DNA of 64,000 nt from Nymphaea colorata. Its lineage: Eukaryota. Position 1 is the first letter of the stretch; the number at the start of each line of letters is the position of its first letter. This document shows positions 31,143 through 42,759 of this stretch, piece after piece. The notes below the pieces were generated by a model, which did not search any database, had not been told where the DNA came from, and worked only from the letters and a program-made list of their open reading frames with translations. The stretch covers positions 8,494,001-8,558,000 of the forward strand of contig NC_045138.2 of NCBI RefSeq assembly GCF_008831285.2, in the 5' to 3' direction. The translations under genes and the position numbers were made by a program.

Positions 31143-33163
31143 TGTTGCCGGTCGACTGTGTTTAGCCCGGCCAAGCCAGTAAAAGGCGATGCTGCTTGAC
31201 CAGCTTAAGCATAGTTGAAAGACATGTGGGATCAATCGATCGCCGAGTCAACCAGAGAGCAATGCACGTGGAATGTGCAGCGCGGTGGTGCAGTGACAAG
31301 GCGTTTCAATGCATCAAGATCAGTGGTCCCTTTGAAAGTGTAAGCCCGTTGTTGGGGAATCCAGTGGGTTCCCCACGCGTAGTGTTTGGATACACAATGG
31401 GGTGCGCGTGGGTTAGGGGCAATTCCCCCAGTGGGCGCATACGCTGTTCCACAACCGCGTAGAGTCACGCAGGGGTGAGCAAGTGAATGCTCATCGTCGA
31501 GTAGGGCGATGGTCGGCCGCCTTACTTAATGACATATAGTCGTCAACTGGCTTCGGCTGGGGACTTCCTCCCAAGGGAAGTCTACCTCCACCCAGATTTC
31601 GTTTGGATGTAGATAGGCACTTGGAGGAATGGCGAAGTTCTGATAGGGCCTCATGGCCACGGCTTGCCGATGGTCGACAATGGGATAAACCTGAGTGATG
31701 GTGTGCCGAGTGCTTAGCACTCCTCGTCTAATCCACAGTTTCGAAGAAAAGATGAATGCTTTCGCTAGCTTAAGAGAGAGACGGCTGGCCAAAGGCTTTG
31801 GGGAACGCCTTCGGCGTCACGCGGGCTGGAGAAACTCGGCCTGTGACAAGTGGTATCAGAGCAGACGATTTTTCGAAGGGAACTTGAAAGATGAGAACGC
31901 TGCGATGATAACAAACAAGTGGGTCAAAGAAAAATGTTGGCTTGTTTGGTGCCCTAGGGTTCGGGCATGTTCGTCGGACACTGGTTCAGGTGACCGCATT
32001 GGTGTTGGCCAGATAGAGATCACACGTTTCGAAGATGGTGTCTGGGCATCAGGAGCAGAAGGGCCAAGAGAGCCGCTCGCTGAGACAGATAGGGTGAGAC
32101 CCGGCGTGGAAAAGGATTGTCCAGGAGGGCAAGTGCCCTTAGTGTTGACATGTCTCGAGAAAGGAGCATGTGCACGGGTTGGCAACACAGCTTGGAAATT
32201 TGAGACTTAGTGGTCGTTGGAGATATTCCGGACTTTACTAAGGAAAAGTGCAAATAGTGATAGAAAAGTGGGATGATGCTAAGGAATGGACTAGAGGCAA
32301 AACACCCGATAAGGCAGCTAGCCGCGACGTGATGGGTGCGTCAACCAGACGAACGGATGAAGGCTCAGTTCAAAAGAAATCAAGGGAACGGTAGCTGAAC
32401 TTCTATCGCTCGGGGCAAAGTCACTGAGGTCAGTGATGATTTTGGCGGTGGGAGAGTGTTGTCGGTCGACTGTGTTTGGCCCGGCCAAGCCAGTAAAAGG
32501 TGATGCTGCTTGGCCAGCTTAGGCATAGTTGGAAGGCATGTGAGATCAATCGGTCGCCGAGTCAAGTAGAAAGCAATGCACGTGGAATGTGCAGCGCGGT
32601 GGTGCAGTGATAAGTCGTTTCAATGCATCAAGTTCAGTGGTCCCTTTAGAAGTGCAAGTCCGTCGTTGGGGAATCCAGTGGGTTCCCCACACGTAGTGTT
32701 TGGATACACAAGGGGGTGCGCGTGGGTTGGGGGCAATTCCCCCAGTGGGCGCATACGCTGCATTTCACAACCGCGTAGAGTCACGCGGGGGTGAGCAAGT
32801 GAATGCTCATCGTCGAGTAGGGCGATGGTCGGCCGCCTTACTTAATGACATATAGTCGTCAACTGACTTCGGCTGGAGACTTCCTTTCAAGGGAAGTCTA
32901 CTTCCACCCAAATTTCGTTTGAATGTAGATAGGCACTTGGAGGAATGACGAAGTTCTGACAGGGCCTCATGGCCACGGCTTGTCGATGGTCGACAATGGG
33001 ATAAACCTGAGTAATGGTGTGCCGAGTGCTTAGCACTCCTCGTCTAATCCACAGTCCCGAAAAAAAGATGAATGCTTCCGCTAGCTTAAGAGAGAGACGG
33101 CTGGCCAAAGGCTTTGAGGAACGCCTTCGGCGCCGCGTGGCTGAAGAAACTCAGCCCGTGACC
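31143..33163 (+). mobile_element. Complete non-autonomous LTR retrotransposon (large TRIM-like): 5'LTR 31143-31848, internal 608 bp, 3'LTR 32457-33163
   Basis: Two ~706 bp direct repeats starting TGTTG and ending GTGACA / GTGACC. PBS TGGTATCAGAGC (tRNA-iMet) at 31851-31862, PPT GGCGGTGGGAGAG before 32457, and 5-bp TSD GTGCG at 31138-31142 and 33164-33168. Confidence 0.95.
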
Positions 33164-33560
33164 GTGCGAGTATTTTTTGTAAATTTAGAGGAGAGACTAG
33201 TACTCCGTGGGGGTCGGAGTTATCCACCCTTGGAAGGCCAGAAGGTATTTTCATTACGAGTTGTTCGCTCAACAAATTTTAGCTAAGTGGGGCCGTCTTG
33301 AGGTTGCAAAGATCTCATCAGATGCGATGCACTTATTTTAGAACGTTTGTCCTTTTGTTGCTTTTAATCACTCCTTTCATCGCCATGCGGCTCCGAGTGT
33401 TCCAGAATCACAGCCATGCATAAGTTGAAAACTAAAGACAAATCTCAGATACGTCTACAACTTTGTCAATTGTTGTTATAGTGGTGAAGATTGTTTCGGT
33501 ATTTCAATTTTCTTGCCAACTGCAATAAGGGAAGCTGCCAACTGGCAGATGCATCCCATT

Positions 33561-33597
<37 letters not shown>

Positions 33598-33642
33598 TGA
33601 AGTCTGCTCCGTCAAAGTTGGAAGGGAAGGGGGGAAGATCAG

Positions 33643-36600
33643 ATGGGTTCCTTTTTGCAGCAATCACGGAGTAGCCGCGGCGGTAGCCAGTGGAGGTGGG
33701 TGGCGCTGGTGGCGAGCATATGGATACAGTGCGCCAGCGGCTCATCCTACGCCTTTGGCATCTATTCCCCCGCCCTCAAGTGGTCGCAGGGCTACGACCA
33801 ATCCACCCTCGACACCATCAGCTTCTTCAAGGACGTTGGCGCCAACGTCGGTGTCCTTTCCGGCCTCCTCTACTCCGCCTCCGCTCCAGGCAGGCCTTGG
33901 GTGGTGCTCCTCGCAGGCGCCCTTCAGTCCTTTCTCGGCTATTTCATGATGTGGGCAGCCGTGGCGGGGCTCGTCGCCAGACCCCCCGTCCCCCTTATGT
34001 GCTCCTACATGTTCCTTGCAGCTCACGCCCAGACGTTCTTCAACACCGCCAACGTCGTCGCCGCCGTCGAGAACTTCCCCAACTCCCGAGGCACCGTCGT
34101 CGGCCTTATGAAGGTAGCGGAAGCCCCTTTCTCCCTTGACCATGCCCCTGTTTTTTCTCCTTTGGCTGAATCTGTCTCTCTCCCTCTCTCTGGTTTCTGT
34201 TTCTGCCGATACTTGTCCTGCAACACTGCCCTTAATCTGAAATGGTCGTTTTCGTCGGATGCTTGATTATTCCTTTGAATTTTTCCTGGTTTTTGCCCTC
34301 CTTCCCAATCGATCATCACATTGAAGAACAGAATATGGAATACGATCGTCGCTCCCTTACTCATGCTATCTTATGCCGTAGAAATTTTATTCATCTCCAG
34401 TAGAATATTGAGGAGAAGATGAGAACACGTTACAGAGGATTGTTTAAAATGTTAAATCCTTGTTTTGTTTCTCATTAATGTTGGCTTGGGTATGCAATTT
34501 ACGCTTTGTGGAAAAGAACTGCGATTAGTTTTTAGAAGCTATTTCTATGAATCAATTCCAGAGCATATACCGTGAACTTCTCTGTTTATGGAAGGATGAG
34601 AATTTCATGAAAACTTCACAGACCATTGGTTTTCTGAGAGAAACCAGTGAGCTCCCTGAACTTCAGGGCGTCTCGTTCGATCTGAAGTCTTTGTATAATC
34701 CAGTTAACGGTGACATTGTCTGTTTTCACTGTTGTGAAATAGAAACATAGAGCCTACATGACTACGAATGCTAATACGGGGAAAGAAAGCGACGAGGGAC
34801 GGCTATACGTGCACATACACAGAATGTATATAGAATTCATACACAAAATGTATATAGAATTCAAAGCACACCTAGTTTTACAAAATGCTTTTTATATGGA
34901 ATTTTATATTTTTATTTATGAAGAAAATTACAAAAAGGTGTAAAAAATAAACAATAAATGTTAAAGAAAAAAATATATGCTTTTTGCCAACAAGTACGCA
35001 TAGGTTACAACATTAGGAGGATGTTGTAAGACCCTCTTGTGGCCATATTTGCTCTTCCGAGGAACAGCTCTAAAGGGTACGTTTTGATTGCACGGAAGCT
35101 GTTCTGGATAACATCATCTTCTTACTTGTAAATTCATAAAATTTTCAGCTTCTTTGGAATTTCCAGTGGATATGTACTGGCTAGGTGTTGGGCTAAAAAA
35201 CCTATAAAACTTTTTGGAGGATCAGGCCACCGTAGGAAAATTTTTGACACAATCAAACACACCCAAGTCCTTGTTTGGATGACAATGATAGAACAATTAG
35301 TTTTTTGTAAACATTTTTCTTTTTGGACTATGGCAACGTTGTAAAAAGCGTATCATAAGCCGTATCGGTCAAACCAATAGATACGTTGTATCGTAAAATA
35401 TCGCAATGTATTGCATGTGTATCGTAAATTTATTTTTTAATTAAAAAAAACAGATAAATCAAGAAAAATAAAAAATTATTTTTTTTTAAATAAAAAAACA
35501 TGTTATACATAATGGCAGGGTTATTATAGGCATTAAGTTACTTCACAAACATTAATTGGTGGTCATAATATCATATAACAACACAACATGAACTAAGACA
35601 TCAAGAAGCATAATTTATAAGATGATCTACATAATAACTCATAAGTCATAAGATCCATAACACGTCAAAAACCATGTCAAAAACCATACGTACACTATAC
35701 ATCACATTACAAGACAAAACTGTTCAATGTTAATGCAAATAACAAATGAAAACAACTTCATTCATAATCTTTATCATCTCATTCTCATTTTCATCTTTCA
35801 TAGAAGATATAAATCTCTTTATCTAAACAAGGATGATTCTTGCTTAGGTAAAAAGGGTTTAGAATCAATCAACCATGCATAAATTTGCCCTCAAATTGAC
35901 GATTTCATGGTGAAACTGATTATTTCTTTTGAAAATTGCCACAATCTCCCCCTTCTTCAACTACGAGATATGTTCAGAAATAAAGAGGGAGGCAAGTTTT
36001 AAAATTAGTTTGAAAAAGGGTGGTTTTAACCCCATATGTTTTAAAATAGACCTGTATCGTATGATATAGGGTGTATCGCGTTGTATCGTATGATATAGGT
36101 TGTGTATCGCACGATACATGTGATACACATACGACACACCACCTGTTTGCGATACAGGTGGTGTATCATATCGTAAATCTAAAACGCTACGATACGTATC
36201 GTATGATACCTCCCCGTATCGTACGATACGTACAACACTAGACTATGGTATTAGCAAATCTGGTTTAAAGGGACATCTGATTACCTCCAATTTTAACCTT
36301 ATTATCACACTTCACTATGAGAAAGTTTAGATAATTTGAATTTGATATTTTTATGAATTTAGAATCAAAGGTCTCCCCTTTATCATAGATTAGAGATTTT
36401 GTTAGTGTAAAAAAAAGTAAAATGAGGATTTCAAGTATGGACTTAGGTCTGGTCTAGAATTTTTAGTTTGATACTCACAGATCTGTGTGAATCTTTTTGT
36501 CACGTCAACAAAAGCACGTGACATCACATTCATGGATCTATGATAAGAAGCAATTAAACACCCACTAAGGAAATGGAGATCAGGTCACCTAGTACATGTA

Positions 36601-38207
36601 CTCTTTCAATTTGTTATTCAAGGAAACCACCTAGAGATTTAGTCGCTCGTCTAATGGCATAAAAATTCCCAGGCCAGAACCTCCACCACCCAGTACATGA
36701 ACTTAACCACATACAAATGGTACCAAAATCATTTATTTTACTTGTCGAACCATCAATAGTGCAGCCATATTTATGGGTATGTAAAAACAATGAGACCTGA
36801 TCTCAGTTCGAATTTAATTGACTGTTTATTGTTTTGAATTTTGAAACATCAACTTTTCTTTTTTCCTCTTTTCCTCAAATACTGAGAAGGAAATAGGGAA
36901 CATAATACATTATTTTATTAATTTGCCTTTATACCAGTGATTACTAAAACAAGCTCCAATCTGTCTCCCCTTCTTTCTTGCAGGGCTTTCTTGGTCTTAG
37001 TGGTGCTATATTAATTCAACTCTATCAAACCATGCTTAAGGGGAAGTCAAGCTCTTTCCTTCTTATGCTTGCAATATTGACCTTGGTCATCCCCATCTCT
37101 CTCATGTCGTTTGTCAGAATCTCTCCATCAAGTAATGGAGATGACAAGGAACATCTGAACAAATTCTCAGTTGTGGCCCTGGCACTTGCTGGCTATCTTA
37201 TGATCATCATTATACTGCAGAATTTGTTCAGTTTGGTGTTGTCAGTACGAGTGATCTCTCTTGCTGTACTGGTAATGGTGGTTCTCACTTCCCCTCTAGA
37301 AATTGCTAGGAGAGCTGTAATGAGGGACTGTTGCTCTACCCCTCAAGAGCTACCTGATGAAGCAGTTCATCTTCTGGGTGATGCAGAAAATCGAAATAGT
37401 ATGAAACGAGGACACATCAATGAGAGATTGGCCGATGGTAAATTGAACCTGAAACATGATTCTGTGAGGTATCAAAGGATCTCTAGTGTCGGAGGCCTAT
37501 GTTCTTCCTCCCATGAAAATAAAGGACTGTCGTGGGGAGAGAACCTGAATCTTTTGGAGGCTATGCAGACACTGGATTTTTGGTTGATCTTCCTAGCCAT
37601 GTCCTCTGGCATGGGTTCAGGCCTTGCCACTGTTAACAACATGAGCCAGATAGGTGAATCCCTTGGATACGGCAGCATAGAAATACATACTCTGATTTCC
37701 TTGTGGAGCATATGGAACTTTCTCGGGCGTTTTGGTGCCGGTTACGTTTCCGACTATTTCTTGCGTTCTAGAGGCTACGGCCGGCCGATATTTATGGTCA
37801 TAACTCTAGCAGCAATGAGTGTTGGCCATGGGGTGATCTCATCTGGGTTACCTGGTGCTCTGTATGCAGGTTCAATTCTAGTTGGCGTGTGTTATGGCGC
37901 CCAGTGGTCATTGATGCCAACCATAGCATCAGAAATTTTTGGGGTGCGTCACTTTGGTACCATCTTCAACACGATAGCTATTGCAAGCCCTGTGGGATCT
38001 TTCTTCCTTTCTGTGAAGGTGGTGGGTTTCATATACGATCTGGAAGCCTCATCTTCCAAGACATGCTCTGGCGCACACTGCTTTATGTTGTCCTTCTTTA
38101 TAATGGCATCCGTGTGCCTTATTGGTTCCGTTTTTGCCTTGACATTGTTCTTTCGGACCAGATCGTTATATAGATACGTTTCTCAAGAATGTCTGATGAA
38201 TGAATGA
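33643..38207 (+). CDS. NFD4-like / nodulin-like major facilitator superfamily protein (~564 aa); exons 33643-34113 and 36984-38207
   Basis: RWVALVASIWIQCASGSSYAFGIYSPALK...ENFPNSRGTVVGLMK|GFLGLSGAILIQLY...GSGLATVNNMSQIGESLGY...SIWNFLGRFGAGYVSD...ASEIFGVRHFGTIFN. One phase-0 GT-AG intron and many hydrophobic segments. Confidence 0.93.
35074..35265. mobile_element. Tourist-like MITE in the MFS intron
   Basis: Imperfect TIRs GGGTACGTTTTGATTGC ... CAATCAAACACACCC. Confidence 0.35.
35334..36240. mobile_element. Non-autonomous hAT element (907 bp) in the MFS intron
   Basis: Perfect 8-bp TSD GACTATGG (35326-35333, 36241-36248), imperfect TIRs CAACGTTGTA / TACAACACTA, and dense GTATCG/CGATAC subterminal repeats at both ends. 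Confidence 0.85.
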
Positions 38208-38370
38208 AATGAATATCCTTGCGGAGTTCAGGTCAGTTCAGAGCGGGGAGGGAGAAGCTCATTTTCTGTTTTGTGTAAAGAAAGAGACGGGGAAAGCCTC
38301 ATTTTCTCTTCGATGTAAAGAAAACTATCTTGTCGTTTAATAATTATAGCCTTCAACATGGTACGGTTCC

Positions 38371-38401
<31 letters not shown>

Positions 38402-39201
38402 GTGGGTGACAAATGGCCAAATTATTAAGGTCAGAATTCTTCTCGAGGACGGTTGTGTTGCTCCTGCTTGGCAACCACATTCACTTGTTGGTAGAAATAA
38501 CTTGATCAAACATAAAAATTTAAAGTGGTGGCTATCGAGATGATACAATAGACGGTGGGTGATGTATAAATACACCCATTTTTTAAGTAACATGTTCAGT
38601 CTCATCCAAATAAACAATTTCATGTGTATATAGTAGATGAAATAAGACTTGACTTTAATATTTGGTGGATTAGCCGAACACAAGCATTGTAAGTCTCAGT
38701 CCAAATTTTGTTAGTAGACTGTGTGTGTGCGCGTCTGTGGGCAAACAAGTTCGGAGTGGGCCTCAAAGCACTCAATTGTTTTCTTGAAGATTAGATACAT
38801 CTAGATCCCGTTCTTCTCTCTCCTCAAATATTATGAATTACTAGGTGTTTGGGATCAACCATTGACATATTAAACTCTATTTCTACCTGAAATATAAGTA
38901 TGCACTAAATATTCCTAAAATGCCATGACCACACTGATGCGCTTGGTATTCCTTTTCTCATACAAAATGTTAAATCATCAAGACCTGCTTTCTTTCTTTC
39001 CTTCGAAAATATCACGAGTATATGAATAAAGATATCACGAGTATATGAATAAATGAAAGTGAACAACAATACTAAGAATACCAAAACCAGCAGTGTGGAG
39101 AAAACACATATGCTACTTGAAGATGCTGCAGGAAAGACACTATCAACCACCTTAAGTTACAATCAGCTGAAAGTGATTCCATCCTCTTTTCTTTTCCTGG
39201 A

Positions 39202-41867
39202 TCAGTGGCATGGATCATCATCATTTTTCTCGTCAGAATCATTGATATCAACACACTCATCATCCTCGTCCTCATCATCATTGTCATTGCTGCTATCATC
39301 GTCATCATCAGTGTTGTCACATTGACTTGCTTGTTTATCTGCTGCAATACTTAATTTTGCCAGCTCGTTGTTATCCTCGTTGTCCTCACTGGTTTCACTA
39401 TAACAACCACCATGTTCATCAATTCTAGAATTTTGAAATGATTGCTTGCCTGCTGCCGCATTTGATGGCTTTAGCGGGACTCCTTTTTCACTTTTATTCA
39501 TCTAGTACAAGATATAAACCTGTTTTGAGTCAAAAGAGTACTGACTTCGAAAATCAGATAGATGAAAATTTTCAGGCACACAATTCGACACTAGAGGTTC
39601 TTACTGTTGTCCACATATTAGTGAATAGTAATTTCAAGGGCAAAATGAGTGAAGCCCCTCAAGGTTGATAGTGACTAAATTACGATATGATTCAAAGTCA
39701 GTAAAGACAGAAGTTCTAAAGCAACACAAATGACAGAAGTTGGATGCATCTACTCAAACCTGGTTCATGCCAAGGAATTATTAACTCAATGCATAGCCAC
39801 CAGAACTTTCTAACTAAGTAGGGAGGTTCTTTTCTTAAAGGTGTACTTAGGAAACGTGAAACTCCATGCTTCTCTCAAAGAGAAGCAAGATTTGGGAAAT
39901 TCTTTTCTTCTTTATTGAGAAACTCACTTTCTATGCAACATGAAAATCACCCTAGAATTGGTTTCTTGTCTCTTACTAAGTTATGTCTCAAATCATTTCA
40001 TCTTACTTTACAATGGGCCTTATAAATGATTGCTTGGTGATCTTATCTCACTTTAACAACTGTTAATTTTTCATCCTTTTCTCTTTTCGAATGCATAATT
40101 GTTTCAGCAACATAGCCTTCCGTTTTCAAAATATGTATAGATGTTTATAGCCACTTGCTTGCCATTTTCACTATTAATACACATCGCTCATCCTGGTAAC
40201 AACTGATCTGTACAACTAATGGCAACAAAATTCTAGAACCTTAAAAAGATTCAGAATTGAAGGGAAGGGCAAGTGACAAGGCCCAAGAGAAAGGCCCACA
40301 TCTAGTGGATAATAGTGGACATATTCAAAAGATAATCACTTGTGTAAGTTATTGCTCACACCATCGGCGGCACAAGTTGGACTTAGATCCACCGATTCAG
40401 AACTCAAGCCTCCTTTTGGTAAGTACATTTTTTGCCAAATAAACAGGTAAACTGACCAACCCAACTAAAGTATTAAGAGAAAATTGTGATTGGCAACAGA
40501 GATCCAGAGAAGAGACTAACCTGTTAATACTGTGTAAGATTGTTCACAGATAAGGGAACAGAGACAGGGGATTACATAAGTATGCCATACTCATACAATA
40601 ATGAAGCATGCGAAATCTATATCTGCTCGAAGCATTAAAAATATGTTTGTCTCCATAAATGCTCTTTCAGAAAAATCATAATCAATGTACTCTATTACTT
40701 GTTTCATAACCAAGTTATCACGCTTATCATACAGGAAAGAAAAGAAGTGGAGACACATCCAAAGTAAAGTTTGATCAATATAAACAAAAATGTTAAGGTG
40801 TCCCAGGTCCACATATGAAGGACGCAATCAGTCAACTTGTTATTCAGCCTGATATCAAAGTCCTATGTGTCATTTTCATCTTTACATATTCCTTAAAGAA
40901 GGTGATTAAACCTATAACGCAATGCTGCAGGCAAATTAAGATTCAACAGACCATAATTATGAAATGCAAAACCAAGATATCGAGACCTTAAGTGGACGTC
41001 CAAGAAAATGACTAGCAGGTTAACCATAAAATCAACATGGTCCAAAAACACCATTAAAAGTATGTAGTGAACTTACAGCACGTAAGAGTGTCCGTCGGTC
41101 CCTCTCTCGAGCATTCTTAATGGCCTACAATAAGGGAATAATGAATCATGACTAAGAAGTTCCACGTAAGACAGAGACTACGATAACAGTTGCAAAGAAA
41201 GTCTCCCACCTCCTCTAATTCCTTGCGCTCTGCCGCTTCATCATCCACGTCTCTGAGATATTTGACACAACAGAAAACAGAAATTCAAGGCGTTTTTGAT
41301 AGAAAACAAAAGCACAATACATGATGGTGGAGAAGACAGACAAAGTCCAGGGAGATAATGGCTGCAAGAAAGAAACTGGAAGGAGGGTCAATGCAAACTC
41401 ACCTACCAACAATCTGTTCCACATGACAACAGCATTTGGCGCATACTTTGCGCTCCTTCGCGCAGGCTGCATTATGTCAATTACAATCCAGATCTCAACG
41501 GTATTATTCCATGGTAAAATCACAAAATTGGAACGAGCAGGGGAAGAGGAAAGAGAAAACATGGACGTAAAAAGAAGGTAGAGAGAGAAACTTTCCAGAA
41601 CAAAGATTATGGTGCGCCTGCCTAACTGCCCTTTTCCCGCACTGCTGACTGCATAAGCAATAAGAAGACGGAGGTTGAAGTCTCAATAGAAATCAAACAT
41701 CTATCCCCATAATAAAAATCATAGCGAAGAGCAAGAGCGTTTTAAGATTTCTTCTTTTCAAAGAGCAAGTTAATCTGAAATTAGTTCGCTTACCATTTCT
41801 TCGGTTCTGCCAAAGGCTTGTACTTGCCATACCTTCAAACAAACACGAAGTTTCTTCAGAAAATATG

Positions 41868-41918
<51 letters not shown>

Positions 41919-42094
41919 CTTCGTTTCCATTCAATTTGGTCCTTGCAGCGCTGGCATACACCGGTGATCTCCGAGTATGGACGAAATTTGCCTCCCAACT
42001 CCTGATTGAAAAAGGAAGCCACCGTTATCAGAGATGCCCTTTCAGCTTAGAGAGAGAATCAGACCTTTCAACATCGCATTAGAAGCACATAGAG

Positions 42095-42130
<36 letters not shown>

Positions 42131-42299
42131 GTTACGGTCTCGTTTTTCTTGTGGCCGGCCTTAGGCTTCCAACCGTACCTGAAATTTAAAAAGTTAGTAG
42201 CGAGAGAGAGAGAGAGAGAGAGAGAGAGCACTGAATCAATCCGGGAAGAGAGAGAGAGAACCTGTTCTGATGTTTGGGAGGGCCGCCTCTTCCAGGCAT
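39202..42299 (-). CDS. DUF2039 / C9orf85-homolog Cys-rich protein with acidic tail (~236 aa); exons 42299-42262, 42178-42136, 42001-41919, 41832-41794, 41648-41596, 41466-41403, 41252-41210, 41124-41077, 39501-39202
   Basis: Spliced translation: MPGRGGPPKHQNRYGWKPKAGHKKNETELGGKFRPYSEITGVCQRCKDQIEWKRRYGKYKPLAEPKKCQQCGKRAVRQAHHNLCSACAKERKVCAKCCCHVEQIVGRDVDDEAAERKELEEAIKNARERDRRTLLRAMNK...(D/E-rich)*. Seven introns are GT-AG; intron 5 needs GA-AG. Confidence 0.88.
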
Positions 42300-42759
42300 C
42301 GTTCTCTCTTTCTCTCTCTCTCTGTCTCTCCCTCGCCCGCGTCTGTCACTCGCGCCGCCGCAGGCTCGCTGCTCTACTCCAGGCCTTCGTCTCTCATTCT
42401 GCCGCAAGTGGGTCGGATCAGACCCGAATCAAATGTTCGAAACTCCACAAAGGGTCACTCTGGGATCTGAACTTCGTGAAATAATCGTAAACTTCAGGAC
42501 TTCCACCAATTTGGCGACATTTTTCCTGTAGCCAAACTTCTAAACTTGGCCCTAACGATCTAACTATGTAGCGGTAAAAATAGCTGAAAGCAAAACTAGT
42601 AAGGCTGCTCGTCTCTGGTCGGGGCACAATTAAATACACATTACAATTAGCAAACATTCAACTGACTCCAATATGTTTGTAACATTAAACTGACTTCAAA
42701 TATTTTTGTAATTCATAGAAATGTAAATCTTCACGAGAGATTTATATTTGAAGTTTCTT

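Noticed and set aside
31143..31848. Cassandra-type TRIM carrying 5S rRNA sequence
   Set aside because: No recognisable 5S rRNA segment in the LTRs.
31196..33286. Paired similar ORFs (MHVECAARW..., MASRLSLKL...) suggesting duplicated genes
   Set aside because: They are the two LTR copies, with no protein motifs and inconsistent stops.
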